DNA of 64,000 nucleotides, from positions 54,188,001-54,252,000 of the forward strand of contig OZ365110.1 in the NCBI GenBank assembly GCA_977030845.1, given 5' to 3'. The translations under genes and the position numbers were made by a program. Every line of letters starts with the position of its first letter. Positions within the stretch are counted from its first letter, which is position 1. Under the pieces are notes generated by a model. That model did not search any database. It worked only from the letters and a program-made list of their open reading frames with translations, and was not told the DNA's origin. Source of the DNA: Fimbriosthenelais zetlandica (Eukaryota). Below, piece by piece: positions 44,161 to 57,311 of this stretch.

Positions 44161-44478
44161 TCACTAAAAATAACAAAAAAAAAAGTACTATTTATTATGA
44201 GACGTGCCCCCGCGTTATGTCGGTTACCTGGGATACCAGCTGAGCCTCGTTTCCAGCTTTGTGAATACATCACCCCAGGCTACGGTGGCGCGCCGAGCGG
44301 GCAGCCCCGCAGACGCCAGGCCCCGCTCTCCTTTGTAAAACCCTATCAAGAAATTGTTCGGCTCAGGATATGAATCGGCAGGATACTTTGCCTTGCTCTG
44401 TTAATTTGAATTAATTCGCTGGTACTTTTCATCTGTGGGATTTGAGTCAATTTGCGCGGATGGGGAGCGGCGGCAGCA

Positions 44479-44492
44479 GCACCACCTAGCGG
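44479..44492 (-). promoter_or_regulatory. CTCF-like motif CCGCTAGGTGGTGC
   Basis: One mismatch to CCRSNAGRKGGCRS. Confidence 0.4.
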
Positions 44493-47026
44493 GCCTGGGC
44501 GGAGATGACTGACGAGTTAAGCTTGTCCCACACTGGAGGCGTCTGATCATCATGGTTAAACAGACCAGGGCTTTTGGGACAGTGACATTGTCTAGTCTGT
44601 GTCTTTGTGCATATCTAGTCGAAAGAGTACATGCCTAAATCAAGCAAACACATGGCCTTTGAGACTCAATTAGACAATCTAATTGGTTCACTCGATTACT
44701 GGCGTTTTGTTCTGAAGTCACAGAATTGTCTATGGCACCCCTATAATATATAGGCTCCCCTCACAAATAGTAGAGCACAGTATATCACCCCTCACAAATA
44801 GTAAGCCCTGCTAGTGCACCCCCACCTGTGACAGTTGAAGCAGAAAATCCAGTGGATATACCCAATAAGACTCTGTATAATGTCTCACCAACACATGCGT
44901 TTAGAATGATATTGTTGGTGTGGAACTTCGGCTTTAATAATTATGATGATATCTTTAAATTGTTTATGTTATGATTTTACGCTCACTGAGACCCATTTAA
45001 AGTGCAATAAGTGAGGGAACGAGCCCAGGGAACGAGCCCGGGAATGAGCGTTTTCGCACAGAGTAACAACCTCTGCACACGTAGCTCGTGGAAGTCCTTG
45101 CTAGTGGATGAACGTTTGTGTTTGTTCAGTTCTAGACGCTACAGAAGCAGGCACGCACGCCTCCAGTGTGTTCCCATCTTAGTGGGTCTGTAGTGCTGGT
45201 AGTTGCCGATGGGGGCGCCACTGAGGCGGCAGAAATGGGAAGAATAGATAGAGATGAGAGAGGAAATGAGGGAGAGAGAGATCGACTAGATTTCTATGAA
45301 CAAAGAGTAGATAAGAGGAGCTTATAGATCAGAACAGTTAGGTAATATTGCGCCTAATTCTTTGTAATAAAATCACTTATTTTTAGCTCTATGTCTACGT
45401 CAGTCAGGTGTTATAAGCCCGAGTAGTTATACAACATTGCCAATATATATAATTATGGAACGTTTCATAAGTTAGATTTGCTGCATTGGGTTGCAAGTTT
45501 ATGGACTGACCTTTATTTTCTTTTTAATAATCAACTTCTTCCGTGAAGATGAGCCCGGAAAAGAAGAAAATTATTATTTTTTCTACTTCTTGATGGATCT
45601 CAGAATTGTTTCGATTTTGTCCTTTGCACGATAAGTTATGAAACATGCAGGTCTTTTTATCACTTATGGACATTTGTTGATATGGTCAATTATAAAAAAG
45701 CAAATCTAAATTACAAAAAAACATCAATAATAGGAGAGTGCTTTTATTAATTCAGCAAAATCATTTTTCATTACTCACAAAAGGGGCTTAAGTGCACTAC
45801 AAGATTATGACAGGATATTGTTGGGGTGATTTCCGGCCCCTGCTCAATGTGAATTCAAAAGAAGTTACAGCTCTCTCCCCTCCCCTACCTCTCCCCTCCC
45901 CTCATACTCTTAAGCCTTCTCTCTTTGTCTCTTCTCCCTCTCTCCTTTCCCTCTGTCCCACCTCATTCTCTTCCCTGTCTTTTTCTTTCTCCCCTCGCTC
46001 ACCCCTAGCTCTATCCACCCCAAACTTCCCCACCCCTCTCTCTCCCGCCCCCTCTCTCCCACCCCTCTCCCATCCCTCTCACACCCCTCTCCCATTCGTC
46101 TCTCTTGTATCCCTCTCTCCCATCCCTCTCTCCCCCACCCCACTCCCTTCTCCCCCTCCTCCTCTCTCACAAATTGGGAGGCTTCTTTTAACATTTGATA
46201 ATCACACCTCGGCGATTTGTGGTCATTACATGCCTCTCTCTATTGAAGCCATCGTGTTTGACACAATCTCTCCAATCTGCCTCGCCAAATACCCTTTGTG
46301 TGCGCCTCTGATTAATTGAATTGATAGGGCTCTTTTTGGGGACAGCCTTCTTATAAGAGACGAGTAATTGGTACTGATGGGATGAACCGATACGAGTTCT
46401 CTCGTCCGTCCCTCTCTTTATCCCCCTCTCTCCCTCTGGGTCTTTTTCTCCCTACTCTCAGTCTTTCTCTTTTCCCTCTCCCACCCCTTTCCCCTGCCTA
46501 TTCCCCTCTGAATATCTCTTCCTACCCCCCTTCCCCTCTATATGTTTCTCTCTTCTATCCTTCTCTCGCTCCCTCTGCCTCTCTTCACTCCCCTTCCTGT
46601 CCCCCTCTTCTCACTTCCCCCTCACTTCTCTGTCCCTTCTCTCTGTCTATCTCTTCCCCCTGCCTCTCCCACTCTCCCTTCCCCTCTATCCCTCGCCTCT
46701 GTCTCCCTGTCCCTCAAACGCTCTCCCCTAGCGTCAACGCTGATACCTCCCCCCCCCCCCGCCCCCCATTTCACAGGTATAGACAGCAGCTCTATATACA
46801 TTGTAACGCCGTTTGATTTTGGTGACTTTCCCCATTCTGTGCTCTCTATTATCTCAGTGTCAGACGACCTATTGTCAACAGATTATCACTCCGTAAGACA
46901 TTCTAACACAGATATGAATCGTACTCTATATTTAAAGGTTTTACGAAAATAATGTGTTATGAATGTGTTCAGGTGTGAGAAGTCGGGTGAGTGTGAACAC
47001 CCCATAATGTGTTGACAAGACACGGG

Positions 47027-47087
47027 TGTATTGTCATGGCATTGTCATGGTATTGTCATGGTATTGTCATGGTATTGTCATGGTATT
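47027..47087. repeat. 11-bp repeat tattgtcatgg x5
   Basis: Direct count. Confidence 0.9.
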
Positions 47088-48541
47088 GGGTAATTGATGA
47101 CCCATTGAGAGCCCGGGAATGACATGATGGCCTCACACCTTGAATAGTGTACAGGACAATAGAGACATATAGGGATAAACAAAGGGCTTTTATATACTCA
47201 GTGAAGGTGCTTTATTCTTAACAGTCAGTCATATCTCTATTGACACAAGCTATAGGAGGCTTTTAAGGGCGCCAAAAGTAGGTTTTAAGCCTCAAATTTG
47301 AAAAGAAAACATGATAATCTAGTACTGGTTCCTGATGTCCTTGTCGAAACAAAAGAGACACAAAGTCAATTATATAACAGCTAATTTCCTGACCTTTTAA
47401 AAATTTATCTGCAGAGATAAATGATATTATTGACTTTGTAGTGAATTCTTACTTGTTACGAAATCACAAATTGGGAGAAGAAAATGAGAGAGAAAACGGG
47501 AAAGACTAGAGAGTAAGAGAAAAGAAAGAAAAAGTGATAGAGAGACAGAGAGAGAAGGTGTGTGACTGCGATCGAGAAAGGTGCATGAGAGAGGAGAAAT
47601 AGCAAGTACTCTTGCATGGGGCCCGTTTCGGTAGCACATTTGTTTTATGAAACATACCCTTCTTGCCAAATAAATAAAGAGCTAAAGCCTGAAATCCCTA
47701 CCACTTGACTACCCACATTCAAGTGAACTTTCAATGTCTGATTCCTGAGTTGATAAAATTAATCAGCCTTTCTCTAACGATCATTTTAACCAAACAAATC
47801 CGGCTTATCGAGATTTAAATGCTCAGCGATTGTTCCTTAAATCGTTTTGAAATACTTCCAGGGCAAGGAATAAAAGGCATTTTAGGCTTGTTGGTAATTT
47901 ATAGGTCTCTGATCTCTAAATGCGACCTGGCCTGGCATTAGCGCTGTTCCTTTCAAGGAATCACAATAAACGATTTAGCTGAGCTTAACTTCAGAGCACA
48001 CTACACTTACCTCAGATCTGAGTTAATTTTGATGGACCAAGGATAAAAACGATCTAAATACTTAAGGACCGTTTATAGACTTGACTTGCCCCGTCTAAAT
48101 GCGGTAATGCATTAAAGATCTCTACGCCTCTAAGTCTTGATCGGTCCTCTTTAAATGTACAGTCTATAGTTGGAAAACTCGGTTAAAATGCAGCTTTGAT
48201 TACATGTGTAAGCCCTATGTAAGATATATCAAGAACCCGTTCCAAAAGGTATACATTAGCAATGCAAAGGCCATGGCTAATTCTTTTTTAAATGGTCGTC
48301 CGTTTTATAACATTAACTGCATTCAGGTTAGTCCCTTTAAAGGGTATATAAAACTCCGGATGTGTAGCTTCTGAGATGGCCATTTCAGAATATAGGCTAT
48401 CTACTCCGCCCAGTTTATAATGGTTTGTTTGTTTTCTTCATTGGTTTCTGCAGACAGTTGCAAATCCACTAGTGATTTCATCAGCAGATTACCAGCTGGT
48501 TTTTCGCTAAGGACACTAGCGACAAGCTGCGAAAATTGTAA

Positions 48542-48617
48542 CCATGTTTTAAAACGAATATTAGCCATAGACTTATAATATATATAGCATTGCTATTATT
48601 CCTCTTGAAACAGGCCC
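48542..48617. mobile_element. Mini-MITE family B copy (reverse; another diverged copy near 48235-48300)
   Basis: aaaacgaatattagccatagactt ... ttgaaacaggccc|cag. Confidence 0.7.
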
Positions 48618-49095
48618 CAGACATGGGCATCTAAACGCGCGAAAATTGAAACGCGTCTGTAATCATTAATGTTTGCAGGGCCCTTTAGGTTTTATTATGG
48701 TACTTCCATATTTTAAATAGCTGCTAACGAGGAGAAAAATATTGAGCAGAAATGACCTATATATCTCTTTAAAAGGAAACGGTCGCCGCTTTGAATGATA
48801 CAACAATCAAAATGACAATGTAAGACGAATTATAATACATTTACATGTCTTCAAGAATAGCTCCAATTACGATCTGTCGATGAGAGATTAGATCATCAGT
48901 CAGACATTAATTGCTGATTTAAAATTCATGGCAGATCCAGTGAGCGATGTTAGGGGATGGAGGCGTCAGACCATGGCAGACAGCTAGCGCCACTAGCGGC
49001 AAGAACATAATTCACGCTTGTAATTTTAATCAGGATAAATCCTGACCCATTGTAGCTTGACTTCATCTTATTAACATTCACTCGCTTTATCTTAA

Positions 49096-49424
49096 GCTGT
49101 GACGCCACTTATGCGATTTTACTTGCGACAGTTCTGCGACATAGAGGTTATGCTTCTATTTCAATAACAATTTTGAGGTATTTGCCTCGATAAAGTGTGG
49201 TATTGTACTTTTATTTGTGATAATTTTGGTCTAGATCTTATAAGCTTTGTTGTTTCTTCAATCATGCATTCAATCGGGTGGCCTTCTTCAGGATTTATAA
49301 ATTTCGATTGAAGCATCCAAACCCTAGGCCATCCTCCACTGCACGGTGTATTTGGCATTGGGACAAAAGCGTCACCTTTGTCGCAGGACGGTCGCAAGCA
49401 ATATCGCAGCAGTGAAGTACCACC
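49096..49424. mobile_element. MITE family A copy 5 (longest interior)
   Basis: Same TIRs, with TTAA on both sides. Confidence 0.78.
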
Positions 49425-51516
49425 TTAAATCACAGCTCCTATCTCTTCTCTCTCACACAGTTTGAAATACGATCGTCGACACTGCCTCCGATAAAAATTC
49501 CCACGGGGCATGCGCACTATTCAAAACCGGAACAGACGCACACACTTCCGCCAAATGGCGTCTCATTATTAAACAATGGAGCCGTGGGATTGGATTGGTT
49601 AAAGACTAAAAGTCGCCAGACCAATTACCATCATGCTCCTGATAAGATATCAAAAGCAGAGATGTTTATCAAACATCTAAATGACTGGGGTCCTGTTAAG
49701 GGCCTTTTTAAGTGGGTCTGGGAACATTGGGTGAAGCATTCAGACTGCCATGTGTGATTCGCCATTGATGCTTATCCACAGGACGATTCTTCACCAATCT
49801 GTCCTCGTCATTGGGGCCGTGCTACTGCAGCTGTGAATAACGACCTTGTGGTTAAGCTTATAACTGAATCTGTGAAGTGTTTAGGTACCAGTATTTGTCC
49901 ATTATATTTCAAAACAAATGTCAGAGCCGCAGATTAAACTTTGCTAATTTTTGTCGTGGGCACGTTGAATTCTTAAAGAATTATAAAGTAATGTAAATAT
50001 GCATCTACTTTGTAGACAAGAAGATTGTGACTTTGAAATTTGGATCTGTTTCCTAAGAATATTAACTATTTTAGGGAATGCCCATATGGGCAAATGTCGG
50101 CCATTTTCTTTCTCAAATTGGTTCAAATCTCATTTGAGAAATTGTTAGGGGTTTTAGTTATAGACAATTCCATTGGCCATGTAGGGATATAGATTGCGTA
50201 GATTAAAACGGAGATGCACACCACGATTCCTCAAACAAAATATCCCATTTATTCTATATGTTGCAAATCTCAATTAATTAACTTAACTCTTGTGGCAAAC
50301 TTTGTGGCTATAGATCCCACACCTTAGGTTTCTCACGGCCATTAGGGTGCGTTGTATTGTCCAGGTATATGGAGGTGAAAGCTCACCTGTCTCATAATTG
50401 GTCATCAGATTTCACAGATTCTGTTATAATTGGTTAAACGCAGGTGAAAAGGTAAAATTAGCCTCTTGAATATTTCGCACTTATGTGAACTGAGGCTTAA
50501 TTGACTTACGATACAATTACTTATGCGGAATATTATTATGCAACGCGCGAGGTGCTAGAAACACCTCCTTACATTGGCTGGATCATATTGTCACACGGGG
50601 CATTCATTGTTCTTGTTTTTTGTTGGATATTGGGTGCAAAAGCTTTTTGCACGCAGTTGCCTTTGCCTTGTGAATACATGTATAATGTACATGTACATGA
50701 ATCAATGTGAATGAAGGAGAATCGGCGGATATGCCATAATTACGATGCTGTAGGTTAGTGAACTACGGGGCCCGTTTCATAAACACCTTTGTCCTTATAC
50801 ATGCACCATAGTCTCTAAATGTTATTTGATACAAATTCGCGTATCTCCGGCGCGACATTTTGGGGGTATTTATGAAATGGGACAATAAGTATAAAATGTA
50901 GTGAAAAGTAGTTCCCCTATCCCGACCATTTCCTTCTCTCCTCTCCTTGATCCTCCCCCTTCTCCTTTCCCTTCTTCTTTCCCCTCCCCATCTCCTCCCT
51001 CTTCCCTTCCTCTCACTTCCCCACCCTCTCCCCTCCCCGGTCCTTCCCCTCCCTCCTCCCTTCCTCTCACTTCCCCTCCCCACCGCCTCCCCTCCCTCGT
51101 CCTTCCCCTCTCCCCTCCCTCTCTCCCTCCTTCCCCTTCCTCTCACTTCACCTCCCCCTCCCCTCCCTCCTCCCCCTCCCTTCCTCTCCCTCTCATTTTA
51201 TGCTGGAATAATAGCCCGTTGGGAGCGGCTGTCGGCAGGGCGTCCTCCAGGACGTAATTGATGAGCCTCCACCAGCGTCCCAATTAAAACTAATTAGGAG
51301 ACCTAATTGTTGTCCTATCATACAGCCTAACAATCATTTTCTCCAATCATTCGCTTTGCTTCCTCGGGAGACCGGAGTGTCTTTGATTTGAGAGTGATCA
51401 GTATAGATGAGAGTCATGTTGTACTCTCTGACTCTACTCTCGGCCTACAACCTCACACACAACTAATGTAAACAGTGATCTCAATACAAAACCCAGTACT
51501 CACGCCCGCCCATTAA

Positions 51517-51733
51517 AAATAGGGCCTCCACTATCACGATAGACAACTAAAGTAGCTGTTAATATAGCTTAAACAGGGCCTCCACTATCACGATAGTCAA
51601 CTCAGGTGGCTGTTAATATAGCTTAAACAGGGCCTCCACTATCATGATAGTCAACTCAGGTGGCTGTTAATATAGCTTAAACAGGGCCTCCACTATCATG
51701 ATAGACAACTAAGATAGCTGTTAATATGGCTTA
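51517..51733 (+). repeat. 54-bp variant of the 42-bp minisatellite, 4 copies
   Basis: agggcctccactatc at 51521, 51575, 51629 and 51683; about 12 extra bp per unit. Confidence 0.95.
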
Positions 51734-51796
51734 CACTGGAACCCGTTTCAAAACGAATTTTAGACTGGACATTTTTTATGTTCCTTTTGACCCCTG

Positions 51797-51851
51797 GGCC
51801 TGTTTCAAAACGAATATTTAGCATTACTAGTTCTCCTTTTGAAACAGGCCC
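51797..51851. mobile_element. Mini-MITE family B copy, CTG target duplication
   Basis: ctg|ggcctgtttcaaaacg ... cttttgaaacaggccc|ctg. Confidence 0.8.
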
Positions 51852-52163
51852 CTGACTTGTATAAAGATTATGAAACAGATTCACTTTTTTAATATAGGTT
51901 CACAGGCGACAGAGAGCGATCGAAGAACGACTTTCACATAGCTGTTTCCACCGTTTGACACAAGACAGAGGCAATCAAAAAGCTATTAAATTTTCACTCG
52001 TGAACATTATTGTTTCGTCTGAGATAAAACATTGCCGTCTTACTTTGAACATAAAAAGGAAAGAGAGAAGAATTAATTTTTCAATTTGTATAGCGAGGGG
52101 CGGGAGAGGGGACAAAAAAGAATGAGAAACGCTTCTTTTGTCGAGTCACTGCGTCCGGTTATC

Positions 52164-52201
52164 GACGTTCAGACGTTCAGACGTTCAGACGTTCAGACGT
52201 T
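52164..52201. repeat. 8-bp repeat gacgttca, about 5 units
   Basis: Direct count. Confidence 0.9.
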
Positions 52202-53448
52202 ACTCGAGGCCTTTAAGATGTGTTGCATAATAAGTCACGTGGTCAATGCGCAGCGGGAGAGATTATGAAAAAGGGAGATATTGACGGGGAGAGAGACGGA
52301 GGGGAGCGAGGGAGGGAGAGGTCGAAGAAAGAGAGGGGATGAGAGGGAGAGGGAGGGGACTAGAGAGACGGAGGCAGATGGGGGGGGGGGGAAGAGAGGT
52401 TGAAAGGGGGAGATCGAGGGAGGGGATGACGGAGGGGGAGAGAAAGTATAGAGAGAGGGTGAGAGGTAGGAGAAGGGAGAGATTAAGGAAAGAGAGGGAC
52501 AGATATAGGGAGAGAGAGAGAGAGAGAGAGTCAGGCCAGGAGAGTGGGGAAAGGGTAGGCAGGGAAGAGGGAGAGGATAAAGAGTGAAAGAAGGAGGGAG
52601 GGAGAAGATAGCGGGAGGTATTAACGTTGGCGGGGCGTCAAAATAATAAAACGAAAGGTGCTAGAATTAAAAAGAAATCATTTCCTATAGAAATATGCCG
52701 TAACTGTAGCCTGAGGGAAATTAATTCTACAATTCTATGGTCCGGTTTTTGTCTTTGTGCTGCGGCCATTAATTTCCTTGACCGCGGGTAGCTAATGGCC
52801 TCAGACCGGTCACCGTATGTGGGCAGCTGGAGCGGCGACAGACAAGTCACACAATGAAATGAATGTATTATATATGGTGAGAGGCACGGTATTATTCCTA
52901 CCGGGAAGCTCCGGGAAGTGTTACGGGGTTCCCCGTGTCTCCTGTCTATGGCCGATGTTTCACACTCTATAGGGAAGCTCACTCCTGGGTTATCTAACTA
53001 ATTTCTACCAAGCGTGCCCCGTTAATGGTCTTGGGGTTCAGAATTTCAATGTACTTTCCTCGAGCCAATTACGGCGCTAAGCGATGTGTTGAAAAATGAT
53101 CGATTGTTGACAAGGGATGAAGGGGTATGACTATATTGTCTCATCCCGAGAGAGGGGCAGTGTCCAGGGGGTGGGGATGATGGGGCTAGGAGTGGGGAGG
53201 GGGATGGGGGACTGGGACTGGGGGATATTAAAATCTAACATACAATCCCCACCCATTCTTCATAAAGTTAAAGTGATTTTGGCATTCGCATGGAACCCAC
53301 GCCATTATTTGCATTTGGAATTTACCCAAATATAATAGGAATATCTTTTCAGGAACTTATAGATTTCTAGAACTAAACCCTATTTAATGCCGTTTCAAAA
53401 CGAATATTATTAGACATAGACATTGGAAATGGTCGTTATGATATTCTG

Positions 53449-53525
53449 GAGCCTGTTTCAAAACAAGAAATCAGCCATGGGCTAATTGCGAATTGCATTG
53501 CTAATTTCCCTTCTGAAACTTGCCC
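53449..53525. mobile_element. Mini-MITE family B copy
   Basis: ctg|gagcctgtttcaaaac ... ctgaaacttgccc|cag. Confidence 0.65.
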
Positions 53526-55123
53526 CAGGAATCTATTTCATAACAAATAATGTTGTCCAATGGGATAAAATGAGATAATACAGCCCATCTTGATTCTCAA
53601 ACGGTTTTGTTTTTCTGTGCTATTTGGTTAACCGTTATCCAGTTCATCAATCGGTTTAGTGTATAACTGCCCTTTCATTTACCTATGTCCAAACCGCTCA
53701 GTCCCCACCTCCCCCCCCCCCCCCCCCCCCCACCCCCGCTCGCAGCGCCCCCTGTGCTCTATAGAGCCAGTAGGCGGGGTCGGACGCTCGGTCGATCTAA
53801 AACTAAAAGTTAGCTAAAACTTCTCTTGTTATTAAACCATGGGGTGCTGATGGATAGGGAGCGAGAGCAACGACAGGGGTTGAAAGGCCCTGATGATTGT
53901 TAATCAAGGGGGATGGACGGTGGACGGGGCGGTTTATGGGGGACAGGGAGCCACTTTGTGGGATTGAATGCTATTACGGCAATTGGGAAATAGGTAACGG
54001 TTCTTGTAGGCCGGCAGGTGTTCTTTTTGTTTTGTTTCCGAGCTGAATGTTCCCTAGGTTTACCTCAGAAATAGGATAGTGTGGACACCTTTGAGGTTAA
54101 TAGGCATGTCAGCATGGGTGGAGGCTAGGAAATGACTCGCACGCTTCCCGCATGAATAGTGAGCTTAATGTTTGAACTTGAATATTATACAATAAACTAT
54201 AGGCCTACACTGGCTTTTATGTATGTACGATAATGATCTGATTTCCTATGATAAGGTATTACCCACATTCTGTAACATTTTAAGGCATGTTTAATCAATG
54301 ATGCCATTGAAATTCATCGGAAATGATTTAATTCCTTTTTGTGGGGGTATTATGTTGAGCATGTACTTTCACGCTTAAGGACTATTCAAAACAGAGAGCT
54401 ATGTTATCTAAAATGTAGCAATTCATAGACTCAACATTGTCCAATGAAACATACCCTTTTATCAAAGGGAAATCTTATTTATTTATTTGAATGATTGTTT
54501 CAATATCTATTCGAATAGGATTTTTAAAAAACTATTATTAAAATATTTATTTTAAAGAGAAGTCATTTTGAGAAGGTAAGATACAGAACATCGAAATACA
54601 AACACCATAATAACCAATCCTCTGACACTTCCACTTGAAAGAAAATCAACTGTGGAAATTAATTGGTTATTCCCCTCATTCAAGATGCAATGCCTCCCTG
54701 AGGACACGAACAAACCGAAACAGCAATTTCAACTTGAAGCCCAAGCTCCCCATAATTAATACGTTTCGCCTGCTTAGGAGCACTGTTTCAGATCGACGGG
54801 CACTCATTTTCCACTTGGCTAGAAATAATGAAATAAACATGGGTTATGTAGCGCTCCTTCCCCACCCATTCTCTTACTGAGAGACACGGACACAATACGC
54901 TAGGCGGAGGGCTATAAGCAACGGTCAGTTCTCTGACACGTCGGGTGGTGGGTAGGGATTTAAAGGGTGCACTGATTAATTCAGACGGACGTAAAAAAAG
55001 ACAATTCACGTTAAATAGTCTGCATATTCCCGGGCAGTGGTGTGTGAAATTACACGGCGAAATGTCGCATCATCCGCCCCACTGGCCCGAAGTATTAAAT
55101 CATTCCACTCTTAGATTGTCGCG

Positions 55124-55285
55124 GGGGTGTGAAGGAAGGGGGTGGGGGGAGGGCTGTGAAGGAAGGGGGTGGGGGGGGGGGGGGTGCGAAGGAAGGGGGT
55201 GAGGGCGGGGGGAGGGCTGTGAAGGAAGGGGGTGGGGGCGGTGGGGGAGGGCTGTGAAGGAAGGGGAGGAGGTGGGGGTGTGAGG
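55124..55285. repeat. G-rich repeat (gggctgtgaaggaagggggtgg...), about 5 units
   Basis: tgaaggaagggg recurring. Confidence 0.85.
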
Positions 55286-55964
55286 AGAGACGGGACTGAG
55301 TTTGAGTTTGAGATATAGTGTCATTTTCCCCGCGCGACTATAGGAAGGATCGTGTTGACGTCGAGGCGTCTTTCACAATCTCCCACCTCGTGTACCTGCT
55401 GTATACCAGTGAGGGTTAAGACGCCGACGCCTGTAATAGGCGTCACATATAGGCGTCATGGCGGACATCATGGGTTCACTAGTCGATAGAGAGATAGCAA
55501 GTATAAAGCGTCAGGCCTGTAATGTTGAATAACCGCATCACTATAGGCTCCCCGCCCAGCCCCCGCCCCCGCCCCCCCGCCCAGCTCCCGCCCTCCTCGC
55601 TGAGTGGCGCCCTCTGTGCGCTTGGCTGGAGGTAGGGAGACGATGCACTATTGACACCATTAACAATAAGCCTTCCACATAATGATCTCTGACGGTTATG
55701 CGTCTGTACTAATGAATATCCTGTGCCCAGGGCTAGGCCGACTCCTACTTAATACTCCTCACACTACCCCCTACCTGCTACCCCCTCCCTATCCCCCCAA
55801 CTCTCCCATCCCCCCATCCCCCCATCCCCCAACCCAATGCACTTCCCGCCTACCCAACTATCTCATCATCACCTATTCACAAACCAATGCATTTCCTACC
55901 TAAACCCCCATCCCTCCAACCCCCTAACTTCCTTCCTCATCTCCCATCCCCATCTGAATGCACT

Positions 55965-56003
<39 letters not shown>

Positions 56004-56203
56004 ATTGCTCCCCGCTCCCCCCCCCCCCCATCGCACACCCCCGCCCCCTCCCCGCTCCGACCACTCTTTTCCAGTCCCCCTAATTGCTTTGGATACATTA
56101 ATGTTCTGTTAAGAGCCTTATGATTCGCTATCCCGCGTTTCCGCACCAAGAAATGATGGCGGGGCGACAGGCGACAATTAACGGTCGGTAGATCATCATT
56201 CAC

Positions 56204-56217
56204 CCACCAGGGGGCTC
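56204..56217 (+). promoter_or_regulatory. CTCF-like motif CCACCAGGGGGCTC
   Basis: One mismatch to the consensus. Confidence 0.5.
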
Positions 56218-56438
56218 TGATAGGTGTATCAATGATTCACCACACACAGCCCTCTCTATCTCTCCCTCTCCCTCTCTCTATCTTTCGCTCTCCCTTCCTC
56301 TCTTTCTCTCTCATACTCTCTCCCTCCCATCTCTTTCCCCTTTTCTCTTTCTCTCTCACTCTATCACCCTCTATCATCTTTGTCCCACTCTCTCCCTCTC
56401 TTACTCCCAAAAGTAACAGCTACAGTATATTACTTGTG

Positions 56439-56653
56439 TATCGTGATAGTGGAGGCCCTGTTTAAGCTACAATGTATATTAACTGCTATCTTGTCTATCG
56501 GGATAGTGGAGGCCCTGTTTAAGCTATATTACTGGTCTATCGTGATAGTGGAGGCCATGTTTAAGCTATATTAGTGGTCTATCGTGATAGTAGAGGCTCT
56601 GTTTAAGCTATATTAACTGCTATCTTACTCGTCTATCGTGATAGTGGAGGCCC
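56439..56653 (-). repeat. 42/54-bp minisatellite family, about 5 copies, reverse orientation
   Basis: Repeats of tatcgtgatagtggaggccctgtttaagcta. Confidence 0.93.
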
Positions 56654-56748
56654 GGTGTATATCATATCATTCATGTAGTATCTATCATTTGACGCTGCAT
56701 CTTCCGCTTTGCCTGCGTCCGACCATTACTTCCCATATACTACTCACA

Positions 56749-56762
56749 CCGCCAGGTGGCGA
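56749..56762 (+). promoter_or_regulatory. CTCF-like motif CCGCCAGGTGGCGA
   Basis: One mismatch to the consensus. Confidence 0.5.
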
Positions 56763-57280
56763 CGAGCTGCTGGGTCATTTTTCGGAAATGTAATAGTATA
56801 AGCGGAAAGTGTCGGGAAGGGAAGAAATGGACACCATCGGCAGCCATAATAGAGTTATCCGACAAGTGAATTGGATTTATAAAAGCCCGTGGGAGGAGGG
56901 AAACATGAGAGGTAAAGGGGAAAAACAGGGCGGCTCGCACGCTTTTAGACAATTTGTCTGGACGGGCAGGCACTTACAGGCTTTTTGCCCGTGAAGGAAG
57001 GCTCAATAATGTACGTATTGCATCTCAGGCTGAAGCTAAAACGTCCCCGGACGCGACGCGATAGCGCAGAGTTTCCGGTAACACGTCAATAAAAAAAGAT
57101 AGCCAGATCTGAGTGTGTGGGGGGACGGGGAGTGGGGCGGGGGGGGGGGGGGTAGGGGAGAGATGGGAGAGAGGAAGAAAGAGAGAGAGAGAGGGTAGTG
57201 AGGGAGGGACATGGCGAGAGAGGGAGAGAACTAGGAGACAGAGAGAAAGAGAGAGAGAGACAGAGAGGGGGGGGGGGGGT

Positions 57281-57311
<31 letters not shown>

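Noticed and set aside
48982-49000. CTCF-like GCCGCTAG-TGGCGCTA
   Set aside because: One base short of the core spacing, so not counted as a site.
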